Virus record (IMG/VR): IMGVR_UViG_3300038443_001768
Source of the DNA: a virus
Length of the DNA stretch: 64,000 bases
Strand: one strand, 5' to 3'
Part shown: in pieces, positions 18,543 through 26,965 of the stretch
How the letters are laid out: each line of letters starts with the position of its first letter
Position numbering within the stretch: the first letter of the stretch is position 1
Notes under the pieces: generated by a model
Told to the model about the DNA's origin: nothing
The model's database searches: none
The model's input: the letters and a program-made list of their open reading frames with translations, nothing else
Program-made: the position numbers and the translations under genes

Positions 18543-18585
18543 ATGTAGGGGTCGGTCGAGCGCCGACCCCTAGATGTGGTCCTAG
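18531..18585 (+). repeat. 55-bp hairpin element, copy 1
   Basis: GCTAGCGGCTAG-RTG-TAGG[stem]CCTA-GAYGTGGTCCTAG; copy 2 at 19807-19861. Confidence 0.85.
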
Positions 18586-18608
18586 TCTCAACATGTAGGA
18601 GTCGTGTC

Positions 18609-18920
18609 ATGCGTGAATTCACCAATACCTACACAGTGGCCGAGCTTGACCGTATGCGCGCGGTCGCGGTCGAAAGGGAACGACGGGCGGCAGAGGATCG
18701 CGCGCGACGCCTGCGCGAGGAGGCAGAACGGGAGGCAGCACAGGCAATCAACCTGTATGAGTCGATCGGTCTCACCATTATCGGTGTAGATCGGTCGCGC
18801 GCGGGGTGGACACTGAGTCTCTCCGATGGGTCAACACTGGTCATGACCTACGACAGCGACGAAGACTCTTTCTGCGGGTGCGATCTACGGCGTGACCCGA
18901 GCGGACGTCACGCGCAGTAA
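18609..18920 (+). CDS. Hypothetical protein
   Basis: AGGAG RBS. Confidence 0.7.
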   Translation: MREFTNTYTVAELDRMRAVAVERERRAAEDRARRLREEAEREAAQAINLYESIGLTIIGVDRSRAGWTLSLSDGSTLVMTYDSDEDSFCGCDLRRDPSGRHAQ

Positions 18921-18957
18921 GAGCGGCCGATCAAACGTCCACACCAAAGGAACGTCT

Positions 18958-19290
18958 ATGTACGCGTACACATTGACTGTACCGTTGTGCGACAACAACG
19001 GACGCGACCGCGCCGACGTCCATCGGCACCTATGCGCGGTGTTCGCGCGCCGATTTGGGGGCTGGACATCTACCGACCATGTCGGCGGGTGGTTCGCTCC
19101 CGGTGCCGACCACCCCGGGACCGAACCGGTTCGGCGGTATGAGATTCTGACCGCTGAGCAAACCGATGCGTTCGATGACCTAGCCGCATGGGTCGCGTCA
19201 ACGATGGCGCAGGACGCGGTTCTCGTCATAGGGCCGGTACCGGTGCCCGCGCGGTTCATCTCCGCCGCTACGTCGACTCGCGCCGCGTAG
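18958..19290 (+). CDS. Hypothetical protein (ferredoxin-like small phage family)
   Basis: VPLCDNNG...FGGWT...GGW...MAQDAV; AAAGGA RBS. Confidence 0.75.
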   Translation: MYAYTLTVPLCDNNGRDRADVHRHLCAVFARRFGGWTSTDHVGGWFAPGADHPGTEPVRRYEILTAEQTDAFDDLAAWVASTMAQDAVLVIGPVPVPARFISAATSTRAA

Positions 19291-19472
19291 GGGGTTCTCG
19301 GTGCGTCTCTACTGCCGCCTCTGTAGCTGCTTTGTTCGGTCCCCCTGGTCGCGTTGCTCGCACTGCGGGACCGAACACTCCCGCGACGCCCCAGCGCTTG
19401 AAGAGCCGATCCGTAAGCGTCGCCCATCCGCGCGTACGCGCGGTCTCGACCGCGGTTACCGCCGGTAGCCCC
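19291..19472 (+). ncRNA. Candidate multi-stem structured RNA
   Basis: Perfect 11-bp stem 19333-19343/19367-19377, two 7-bp stems, closing GGGGTT/AGCCCC. Confidence 0.45.
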
Positions 19473-19505
19473 GTATCAAGGCATACGCCTAGAAAGGTCT
19501 CAGCA

Positions 19506-19811
19506 ATGGCCAAAATCTCAGCGCGCGGGTCGGTCAAGCTCGCGCAGGCATCGAACGCGTACACCGACACCGATGGATGGGACCATAAGGTGAGGATCGC
19601 TCTCCGCTCGGATGGCGCGATACTGTACGCGCATGACTTGCGGTCACCGGATCGGCGAGACGCCTACGGTGCGCGCGGCTGGAATCGGGGCGGCTACTCC
19701 ATCCAAGCTCGCCTGAACAAAGAGCAGATGTCCTCACCCGTCACGGCACTGAGCGTCTTCGAGCGTTACGCGTCGGCGCGCTTTGGCGCGACCCTCGACA
19801 GCCCGCGCTAG
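19506..19811 (+). CDS. Hypothetical protein
   Basis: AAAGG RBS; MAKISARGS. Confidence 0.75.
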   Translation: MAKISARGSVKLAQASNAYTDTDGWDHKVRIALRSDGAILYAHDLRSPDRRDAYGARGWNRGGYSIQARLNKEQMSSPVTALSVFERYASARFGATLDSPR

Positions 19812-19861
19812 CGGCTAGGTGTAGGCCTAGGGTTGATCCCTAGGCCTAGACGTGGTCCTAG
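19807..19861 (+). repeat. 55-bp hairpin element, copy 2
   Basis: Flanks near-identical to 18531-18585; stem sequence differs but still pairs. Confidence 0.85.
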
Positions 19862-19892
19862 GCCTATAACTACCCTTGAAGGAACACCCAAA

Positions 19893-20528
19893 GTGGAAAC
19901 CAAAACCTACAAGTACACGCATTCCGAGTCCGCGCGCAAAGCAGCGATGCGGCGGCGCATCCTTCAGACCTTCGCCGACGCGTCCGCTGATGATCTTGCG
20001 TCCGGGCAGGAATGGTACTACCGCGCGAACCGTGCAGCCGCATCGATCGCTGAAGGTTCCTCACTGTCCGCCGACACAGTGGCCGGTGTGATCGCCGCTC
20101 TGTCCCCGCGGTGCGCGTGGGCCACGAATCTCGCATGGGCGTCGGCCGTCGTCGATGCCTACGTCGGCGGTTCCGATGCTCCCCCTGCGGTGCATACACG
20201 GACGATGCGCGCGCAGGCATGGCGCATCGCACAGGGAGAGCGCCCGTTGGACGTCCTCAACGGACCTAAGGTGCGCGCGTTCTACGCAAACATTGTCGGC
20301 AACGCCGACGCCGTCACGGTCGACACGTGGGCCGCGCGCGTCGCGGAAGGCAACTGGACGCCCCATCCGCGTAAGTCCGGCAATAACTACGCGGCGACCG
20401 ATGCCCCGCAGGGGCGTCGCTACGCGCTGATCGCGGACGCGTACCGCGAGGCCGCCGCACTGGTCGGTCACTCCCCGCGCGACGTTCAGGCCGCCGTATG
20501 GGTGCACGTACGGCAGTCGGCGGACTAG
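19893..20528 (+). CDS. DUF7178-like early protein (possible DNA-glycosylase-like fold)
   Basis: G.EWY...AGVIAALSP...W..N...GPKVRAFY.NI...VTVDTWA...Y...AYREAA...QAAVW. Confidence 0.75.
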   Translation: METKTYKYTHSESARKAAMRRRILQTFADASADDLASGQEWYYRANRAAASIAEGSSLSADTVAGVIAALSPRCAWATNLAWASAVVDAYVGGSDAPPAVHTRTMRAQAWRIAQGERPLDVLNGPKVRAFYANIVGNADAVTVDTWAARVAEGNWTPHPRKSGNNYAATDAPQGRRYALIADAYREAAALVGHSPRDVQAAVWVHVRQSAD

Positions 20529-20552
20529 TCCTACAGCCCTGAGGAGCTATCC

Positions 20553-20747
20553 ATGTACTACAAGATCACCGAGGAGTTGCCCGACGGACGCGTCCGCGGA
20601 CTAGGCCGCACCGGCGACCGCGAAGAGGCGCTGCGCATCTATCACGCCGATCCGCGATGGGCGCGCACCCTTCATCAGTCGAGCACCCCGTTCCCGCCCG
20701 CTAAGGCGCAGCGAGGGGAGCTATCCAAGGCCTACAAGAAAGGCTAG
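20553..20747 (+). CDS. Hypothetical early protein
   Basis: GAGGAG-CTATCC-ATG. Confidence 0.75.
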   Translation: MYYKITEELPDGRVRGLGRTGDREEALRIYHADPRWARTLHQSSTPFPPAKAQRGELSKAYKKG

Positions 20748-20906
20748 TCCTGTATGTCTCAGTCTCACGGCGGTTCACGTTCGCGCGGCGATGACTTCGC
20801 TGAGATGGTCTCAGTGATTCTCATGATTGCCGGGATCGCGCTGTGCGTGATCGCGCCACTCGTCGAAGTCATCAAGTCCATCATCTAGCTCAGGGAGCTA
20901 TCCAAG

Positions 20907-21143
20907 ATGTACAACAACCTCTTCAACCCCAACGTCCCCTACCGCGCGGACGGCCATTGGTCGCTCCCGCTCAACCGGCGAGTCGCCTACGCCGACGAGC
21001 GCGCCGGTAGGATCGCCGAGAATGTGGCCAACCGGGAGCGGCTCGGACCCGTCGTCGCCGTCGATGGCGAGACCTATCAGTTCGACGCCTATGCGGAGCT
21101 ACTGTCGGCCGCGTACCCCGGCCGGAACACCATCAACAACTGA
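20907..21143 (+). CDS. Hypothetical early protein
   Basis: GGGAG-CTATCC RBS. Confidence 0.75.
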   Translation: MYNNLFNPNVPYRADGHWSLPLNRRVAYADERAGRIAENVANRERLGPVVAVDGETYQFDAYAELLSAAYPGRNTINN

Positions 21144-21153
21144 GAGGATCGAC

Positions 21154-21384
21154 ATGTCCATCAACTACGCTCGCATGCAGCGTTCGCTGCCTCGCCTGAA
21201 GGCGGCGCTCACTCGCGCCGTCAAGAGCGGCGATCCTGCCCGCGTCGAGGCCGCGTGTCGCGCCGCTGTCGCCGAATGGGACGCCTGCGGGGCATGGCCG
21301 GACGATTGGTCGCGCTGGCAGCGCGCTCTCGACGATTCGCGTCCGCCGTGGGAGTGGATTCGTCTCGAAGACCTCAGCGCGTAG
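21154..21384 (+). CDS. Conserved early phage protein
   Basis: KAALTRA...AWPDDWSRWQRALDD. Confidence 0.8.
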   Translation: MSINYARMQRSLPRLKAALTRAVKSGDPARVEAACRAAVAEWDACGAWPDDWSRWQRALDDSRPPWEWIRLEDLSA

Positions 21385-21434
21385 CCGCGCGGGGCATCGG
21401 ACCTCTCGGTGCCCCCTGCGAGTGCGAGCTATCC
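21376..21434 (+). repeat. 59-bp hairpin-GAGCTATCC element
   Basis: AGCGCGTAGCC[hairpin]AGTGCGAGCTATCC. Confidence 0.85.
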
Positions 21435-21487
21435 AGGCCGCGCAATCCAGGCCGCGCATCAACTAGTCCTACAAGAAAGGCAACATC

Positions 21488-21886
21488 ATGGCCAAGCGTT
21501 CCCCTGACCGCGAGCGGTTCCTCGCCGACGTCATCGTGACGGCCGTCGAGGGCGGCATCGGCTACTGGTCGCAGGTCTCGGATTACCGTTGGTGGTCCGA
21601 TCTGATCGGCGGGCACAACGCTACGGCGGTGTTTGAGACATCGGTGATCGTCTACCCGCTGCTGGACGATGAGTCCGGCTACAGCGTCAACGGCGTCCCC
21701 GTCGGCATCGACTCGATCGCGCGCGCCATCGAGCGGATCAAGTCCGACCGATCCATTCGGCTCAGCGATGCCTACTTGGCGCGCATCCTGATCGCCGACC
21801 GTGACAACGACGCCGGGAACCTCGATTCCGACGACGCCGACGTGATCGTTCAGGTAGCGGTGCTCGGTGACGTCATCTACGGGTGA
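21488..21886 (+). CDS. Conserved phage protein
   Basis: VTAVEGGIGYW...DADVIVQVAVLGDVIYG. Confidence 0.85.
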   Translation: MAKRSPDRERFLADVIVTAVEGGIGYWSQVSDYRWWSDLIGGHNATAVFETSVIVYPLLDDESGYSVNGVPVGIDSIARAIERIKSDRSIRLSDAYLARILIADRDNDAGNLDSDDADVIVQVAVLGDVIYG

Positions 21887-21902
21887 GGCGGGGGAGCTAT
21901 CC

Positions 21903-22112
21903 ATGTCTTACGACGCAATCCTGATCGAGTTCCGCGACCGCCGCACCGATCGCACCGTGTGGGCGGTCGTCGCTGATCGGATCGTTTGGTGCACCCCTAC
22001 CGAGGTCACCTACATCAAGTGCGACAGTGGCGTGCGTCACGGGTCGCGCATCCTGCCGTCCGAGTACGTGGCGCTGCGCCCCTGCGTGGCCGATCGGCCG
22101 ATCGGGCGGTAA
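21903..22112 (+). CDS. Hypothetical early protein
   Basis: GGAG-CTATCC-ATG. Confidence 0.7.
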   Translation: MSYDAILIEFRDRRTDRTVWAVVADRIVWCTPTEVTYIKCDSGVRHGSRILPSEYVALRPCVADRPIGR

Positions 22113-22134
22113 ACGACAACTAAGGGAGCTATCC

Positions 22135-22248
22135 ATGTCTGTCGTGTTCTTCATCATCAAGTGCCCGCGCTGTTCGTCTGAGGCGTGCGTCCGCGTTGGA
22201 CGCACCGGTGTCTGCGGGCGCGGCCATCACGTCCGAGTCAACCGCTAG
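22135..22248 (+). CDS. 37-aa Zn-ribbon peptide
   Basis: GGAG-CTATCC-ATG; CPRC...CGRGH. Confidence 0.65.
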   Translation: MSVVFFIIKCPRCSSEACVRVGRTGVCGRGHHVRVNR

Positions 22249-22305
22249 CGCGTAGCCATCAGGGGCCAAGTCATAGGATTTGGCCTCGATGAGTGCGAGC
22301 TATCC
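22247..22305 (+). repeat. 59-bp hairpin-GAGCTATCC element
   Basis: 58/59 identical to 26920-26978. Confidence 0.92.
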
Positions 22306-22342
22306 CACGCACTGCATGTCCATCAACAACTGGAGGTACTTG

Positions 22343-22519
22343 ATGTCCAAGTCGCAGTCGTTCACGTCCCTGTCGGCGGCGATGGGGTACCTGAAGGCCC
22401 AGGCTCGCGCGGAGGCGAACGCCGCCCACGCGGAGGACCTGAAGCGCGCCGCCAACCTCCGCCGGTCCGCGTCGATTGCCCGCAAGGCGCCCGGCACGGG
22501 ACCGCGCATCGCCGCCTGA
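22343..22519 (+). CDS. Small Ala/Arg-rich protein
   Basis: GGAGG RBS. Confidence 0.7.
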   Translation: MSKSQSFTSLSAAMGYLKAQARAEANAAHAEDLKRAANLRRSASIARKAPGTGPRIAA

Positions 22520-22566
22520 GCCGTCGCTCCAGCCAGTAGTCGGTTCGACACAGGTACCCCGGCGAC

Positions 22567-22630
22567 TAGCCGTCGCGGGCATCGGGTGAGACAATTCCGG
22601 TGCCCTCGATGGGTAGCCACGGAGCTATCC
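22567..22630 (+). repeat. Hairpin-GAGCTATCC element (variant)
   Basis: TAGCC-GTCG-C-GGGCATCGG...CCGGTGCCC-T-CGAT...GAGCTATCC. Confidence 0.75.
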
Positions 22631-22669
22631 CAGCGACGCAGATTGTTCTACAACAACAGGAGCAACGCC

Positions 22670-23071
22670 ATGACCACCAAGATGACGCCCGACGAGGCGC
22701 GCAAGGTCACCCGTCCGCAGCCCCGGGCCGGTGATCGCTGTGTCTTCTACTCCGAGATGTTGCACGAGACCGTCGACTCCCATGGGCGGTGGTTTCTGGT
22801 GCGTGACTACACGGGCCAGGAAGTCACCGTCGTCCGTCACCTGCGAGGGGTCAACGACCCCGCCCCTGAGTACGACGGGCCGGGCGAGGACGACGTCGAA
22901 GACCACGACGCCGATGAGGGCGGCAAGGGGTGGTTCGAGTGCTCGCGCGGCTACATCGTCCGCGCTCTCGACGGACGCGAGTTCATGGTTCACGTCGAGG
23001 AAATCGACGGCTGGGACCGCGACCTTGGACAGTTCTACGGACCCTCCGGTGTTTGGGGCAGCGTTGAGTAA
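22670..23071 (+). CDS. Hypothetical protein (SH3-like beta fold possible)
   Basis: AGGAG RBS. Confidence 0.75.
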   Translation: MTTKMTPDEARKVTRPQPRAGDRCVFYSEMLHETVDSHGRWFLVRDYTGQEVTVVRHLRGVNDPAPEYDGPGEDDVEDHDADEGGKGWFECSRGYIVRALDGREFMVHVEEIDGWDRDLGQFYGPSGVWGSVE

Positions 23072-23119
23072 CGAGCTATCCCAGCGCAGCACAGATTGTT
23101 CTACAACAACAGGAGCAAC

Positions 23120-23479
23120 ATGAAGACCTACGGTGAACCTGGCGGCGTGTACCTGACGTATGCGCTGAACCTCGATCGCGGCGCCTACGTGGTCGAGAAC
23201 GAGGCCGGAGACGAGCTTTACGCGTCTGGCTCTGAGGCCGACGCGCAGCGCTTCTGCGAAGACCTGATCCAGCGCGAGGCCGCCGCTCTCATGTACCAGT
23301 CGCAGGCGGCACGCGACGCTCAACGCGGCGGCTACGGAGGCCCTGCGTACTGGCAGTATCTGGACGACCATGCCTGCAAGATGCGCGACTACTGGCGCGC
23401 CCGTGGAGACGAGGAGCAGGCCGCCCTCATGTTGACCCGTTCGCTGGGTCAGGCGCTCGCTGGCAACGACGGCGAATAA
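23120..23479 (+). CDS. Hypothetical protein
   Basis: Leader duplicated from the 22670 gene. Confidence 0.75.
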   Translation: MKTYGEPGGVYLTYALNLDRGAYVVENEAGDELYASGSEADAQRFCEDLIQREAAALMYQSQAARDAQRGGYGGPAYWQYLDDHACKMRDYWRARGDEEQAALMLTRSLGQALAGNDGE

Positions 23480-23504
23480 CAACCTCATCAGTTAGGAGCT
23501 ATCC

Positions 23505-23798
23505 ATGTCCTACAACTCAGACGGCGAGCGCACCGTCCTCACTGACGACGCCTACAAAGAGGCGTTCGGTTGCGGGCGCGCCGCAGCCCGCGAGTACCTC
23601 AACAACCTCGAAGGCGCGACGCGCAGCGAGGCCCACTGCGACGACGTGCGCGAGTCGGTCCACCCGCGGGCGTTCTCGGAGGCGTTGGACGCCCTTGAGG
23701 ACTTCGCCGCCCTGCCCATCTCAGAGGCCGTCGATGACGGAATCAACGAGGCGTGGAACGAATTCATCCACGACGTCGCAGTCAACGACTACATCTAG
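23505..23798 (+). CDS. Acidic hypothetical protein
   Basis: AGGAG-CTATCC-ATG. Confidence 0.75.
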   Translation: MSYNSDGERTVLTDDAYKEAFGCGRAAAREYLNNLEGATRSEAHCDDVRESVHPRAFSEALDALEDFAALPISEAVDDGINEAWNEFIHDVAVNDYI

Positions 23799-23807
23799 AA
23801 CAACAAC

Positions 23808-24101
23808 ATGCCTAAGATCGCAGAGACCTACAACGGCTGGACCAACCGGCCGACCTGGAACGTCAACGTCTGGCTTTCCAACGATGAGAGCCTCTACTGG
23901 ACGGCCCTGGACGTGGTGCGTGGCTACAAGGAGCACACCACCAATTGGTCCGCGAAGGGTGCGGGCCAAGCGCTGCGCGAACTGGTCTTCGCGAACCGCG
24001 ACGACCGAGGCGGGTTCGGTGACCTGAGGCGCACCGAGCTATCCAAGGTCAACTGGACCGAGCTTGGCGCGGCCTGGCTCGAAGACATCATCCACGGCTA
24101 G
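23808..24101 (+). CDS. DUF7249-like phage protein
   Basis: YNGWTNRPTWNVNVWLSNDE...VNWTE. Confidence 0.8.
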   Translation: MPKIAETYNGWTNRPTWNVNVWLSNDESLYWTALDVVRGYKEHTTNWSAKGAGQALRELVFANRDDRGGFGDLRRTELSKVNWTELGAAWLEDIIHG

Positions 24102-24240
24102 GACCATGAGCATCATCGACCTCATCGCACTGACCCAGGCCTCTCTACTGGAGAGCGTCTTCGACTTCTACTACGACAACCCAGCGCGCCAGCCAGGAGG
24201 CTGGCACCGCGCTATCCGCGCTCACATCAAGGCGTAGCAC

Positions 24241-24492
24241 ATGAACATGGACCCCAACATCGTCCTGCTGACCTACCAGGGAGTCGTCCGCTATCACGGA
24301 CGGGTGGTTGTCACGGTCGGCGACGAGACGCTCTCGCAGGCCGTCGTACGCGCCCTGGACGCTGACCCCGACTTGCCGACGCCGCAACCGTGGGACCGCC
24401 TGCTCTTCCCGGACGCCGCGCCCGGCTCACAGTGGGCGACGCTGACGACGGAGCGGTTCCCGGCGCGCTCCATCAACCCCTTCAACGGCTAG
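24241..24492 (+). CDS. Hypothetical protein
   Basis: ORF in operon. Confidence 0.65.
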   Translation: MNMDPNIVLLTYQGVVRYHGRVVVTVGDETLSQAVVRALDADPDLPTPQPWDRLLFPDAAPGSQWATLTTERFPARSINPFNG

Positions 24493-24501
24493 GACGACAA
24501 C

Positions 24502-24708
24502 ATGACACGCAAGGACTACGAGTCGATCGCGCTGGTGCTGCTGTCGGAGCGTTCGCGCTCGATGGGCGACGAGTTCGACAACGACGTTGCAGCCAAGGTG
24601 CTCGACAACGTCGCGTACGCGCTGGCCGTCGAATTCAAGGCCGACAACCCCCGGTTCGATCGGGACCGGTTCCTCATCGCGAGCGGCGCAACCCGAACCA
24701 GCCGCTAA
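24502..24708 (+). CDS. Conserved small phage protein
   Basis: MTRKDY..IA...FKADNPRFDRDRF. Confidence 0.85.
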   Translation: MTRKDYESIALVLLSERSRSMGDEFDNDVAAKVLDNVAYALAVEFKADNPRFDRDRFLIASGATRTSR

Positions 24709-24741
24709 GCGAGCTATCCAAGTTCTACATCTAGGAGCAAC

Positions 24742-24984
24742 ATGAAGGCCTTTGTCGTCTACATCGACACCGACGAACTCTCCGCCGCCGATCTGCGGGT
24801 GGCGGTCATCCTGGGGGCTGATTGCGGCGCAGACACCGAGCCCGCCGTGACCGTCGAGAGGATCGTCTACGACGGTTACCGCCTCGATGTCCGCACCGGC
24901 GAGCGCTCCGGACCCAAAGCCCTCACCCTGCGCTACAAGGCGCAGCCGCTCAGCCATGGTTACGCCGACAGCGACCCCTTCTAG
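24742..24984 (+). CDS. Hypothetical protein
   Basis: AGGAG RBS. Confidence 0.7.
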   Translation: MKAFVVYIDTDELSAADLRVAVILGADCGADTEPAVTVERIVYDGYRLDVRTGERSGPKALTLRYKAQPLSHGYADSDPF

Positions 24985-24990
24985 GAGTAC

Positions 24991-25527
24991 ATGATGAACA
25001 ACGACATCCGCACCGCCAACGTCGAGGTCTCCGAGGCCCCTGGCGGTCGTGGCGGCTACCACATCGTCCGCTCGCACGGCATCGCCGGTACGTGGTGGGC
25101 GTGCTCGCGCAGTGGCGACGACGCCATCTCGATGGCTGTCTACGCGTCGCTGTTCGGTGAGTGCCCGCGCCGCCCGTGGGAGCCGCCGATGGCGCCCAAC
25201 GAGGTCGACGGCATGAGGTCGCCTCTGGCGGTGTCCTACGACAGCGAGGCCGATGCGCGAGAGGCCTTTGAGCGCATGGAGCGCGCGTGGTCGGCGGCCC
25301 TGCGGGGGACGCTGGTCGAGCTTCAGCCCTACGCGGAGGACGACGACTCAGTGACCCTCACCGACGAGGACTTCGAAGTCCTCAACCAAGGTGGCTATAT
25401 CAGCCTCCCCGACGGGCGCGTCGTCATCGACGGGCTCGACTGCTGCGCGCACGTCCTGACGCCGGGCACCTATTGGGGCGCGGACGGCAACTGCTACGAA
25501 GTACCAACCAAGATCACCAACAGCTAG
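24991..25527 (+). CDS. Hypothetical protein
   Basis: TAGGAG stop/RBS coupling. Confidence 0.75.
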   Translation: MMNNDIRTANVEVSEAPGGRGGYHIVRSHGIAGTWWACSRSGDDAISMAVYASLFGECPRRPWEPPMAPNEVDGMRSPLAVSYDSEADAREAFERMERAWSAALRGTLVELQPYAEDDDSVTLTDEDFEVLNQGGYISLPDGRVVIDGLDCCAHVLTPGTYWGADGNCYEVPTKITNS

Positions 25528-25538
25528 GAGCACACCCA

Positions 25539-26018
25539 ATGTCTGCGTTCGTCGTCAGCAAGGCCCATATCGATGCTATGATCACGGCCGCGATCGACCT
25601 GAACATCAACTACTGGAACGGCGAGAGGTGGTGCGTAGTCAGCGCCGCTACCGCCAACGAGGTCGGACAGGCGCTGGTCGACGAGTGCGTGCGTTCGGTC
25701 AGCTACCGCTACCCCAACGATGACGTCAAGGCCGGTGAATTGCCCGGTCCCGGCGACGCCTACTACGTCGAGCCGTACCAGTACATGCGCACGCGTAGGT
25801 TCTCCGACGCAGAGGTCCGGGACCTCGTTCGCTGCTACGAGTATCAGGCATGCGAACACCCTGGATGGCGGACCTCACCGGCCGAGTACTTCTGTCGCGC
25901 CGTCGAGGGCAAGCTGCTATCGCGCATCCCGGGCGAGGGCGCGCGTTGGGGCGTCGAAGCCGACGACGTCGGCTACGGCACACGCAACGACTTCAACATC
26001 ACCGATCTACTCAGCTAG
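25539..26018 (+). CDS. Conserved early phage protein
   Basis: MSAFVVSKAHID...SVSYRY...CYEYQACEHPGW..S.A. Confidence 0.85.
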   Translation: MSAFVVSKAHIDAMITAAIDLNINYWNGERWCVVSAATANEVGQALVDECVRSVSYRYPNDDVKAGELPGPGDAYYVEPYQYMRTRRFSDAEVRDLVRCYEYQACEHPGWRTSPAEYFCRAVEGKLLSRIPGEGARWGVEADDVGYGTRNDFNITDLLS

Positions 26019-26028
26019 GGGCAACGCC

Positions 26029-26310
26029 ATGAACTCGATCAAGTTCCAGGCCATCTCTGAGGCGGCGGCGCGCGACCTCGACGGCAACGTTGTCGCGGCC
26101 TTCGACCTCGCCGACGAGGACGGCTGCTATCCCGCGGCGCTCATCGCGTGGCAGGGACGAGCCCATCCGACTCGTCACGGCACCCACATGGCGGTCGTGC
26201 CGCCTGATCGCGCAGTCTATTTCGTCGATGGCGCGTACGACTTCGCCGAATCCCTCGACGCTGTCAGTGACGCCTTCCATCGCTGGCTGCGCAAGAACCC
26301 CATCAACTAG
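26029..26310 (+). CDS. Hypothetical protein
   Basis: Coupled ORF. Confidence 0.7.
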   Translation: MNSIKFQAISEAAARDLDGNVVAAFDLADEDGCYPAALIAWQGRAHPTRHGTHMAVVPPDRAVYFVDGAYDFAESLDAVSDAFHRWLRKNPIN

Positions 26311-26324
26311 GAGCTATCCACGTC

Positions 26325-26531
26325 GTGAAGAGCATTATCTTCTTCCGGGTCGATGTGCCCGGCATCGGTGACAGCGTTCGCGTCCAGGACGACGTCGCCG
26401 GCATTGACAGCAAGCTGCGGGCCGCACACCTGAACCACGACCTGACCATCGAGGTCACGACGTCGTCGGGGCGTGCGCTCGTTATCCCGATCGATCTGAT
26501 CGGGCCGTTCCGCGACTACCAGGACCGATGA
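26325..26531 (+). CDS. Hypothetical protein
   Basis: AGGAG-CTATCC RBS, GTG start. Confidence 0.7.
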   Translation: MKSIIFFRVDVPGIGDSVRVQDDVAGIDSKLRAAHLNHDLTIEVTTSSGRALVIPIDLIGPFRDYQDR

Positions 26532-26965
26532 TGGAGTCCGCGATCACGCAGGACACGATCATGGCGGTAGCGCTGCGACATGATCCTTACGCCGAGTGGG
26601 CGTCCGACGAGCCGGACGAGAACTGCCTTCTCATCGCGCATCATGCGGTCGTGTTCCTGCTCGACCGTTACCCCGACGCCTACGAGGACCCCAACGTCCT
26701 CGCTATCGGCGATCACACACGCGTCGTCTTTCCGACCCTCAACAACTGGACCCTGTGGCGAACATCAACGAGCAGCGCGAGGTCGCGCAGCACATCATGT
26801 CGCTCATCGTCAAGGGCACGCCGCATGCCGACGCGCAGATCGCGGAGGCCGGTATGTGTCTCGCCGAACTGGTCATCGCGCTCGATCATTGGCGGCGTAC
26901 CGGCGGATTCGACCCCTACAGCGCGTAGCCATCAGAGGCCAAGTCATAGGATTTGGCCTCGATGA
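26528..26965 (+). CDS. Hypothetical protein (C-terminus overlaps next gene)
   Basis: ATGA overlap; only the first ~75 aa look coding. Confidence 0.5.
   Translation: MMESAITQDTIMAVALRHDPYAEWASDEPDENCLLIAHHAVVFLLDRYPDAYEDPNVLAIGDHTRVVFPTLNNWTLWRTSTSSARSRSTSCRSSSRARRMPTRRSRRPVCVSPNWSSRSIIGGVPADSTPTARSHQRPSHRIWPR
26746..26928 (+). CDS. Small phage protein of (M)DP..N..EQR...ALD.W...GGF type
   Basis: Recognisable family pattern; start is CTG 26746 or GTG 26755. Confidence 0.65.
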   Translation: MDPVANINEQREVAQHIMSLIVKGTPHADAQIAEAGMCLAELVIALDHWRRTGGFDPYSA

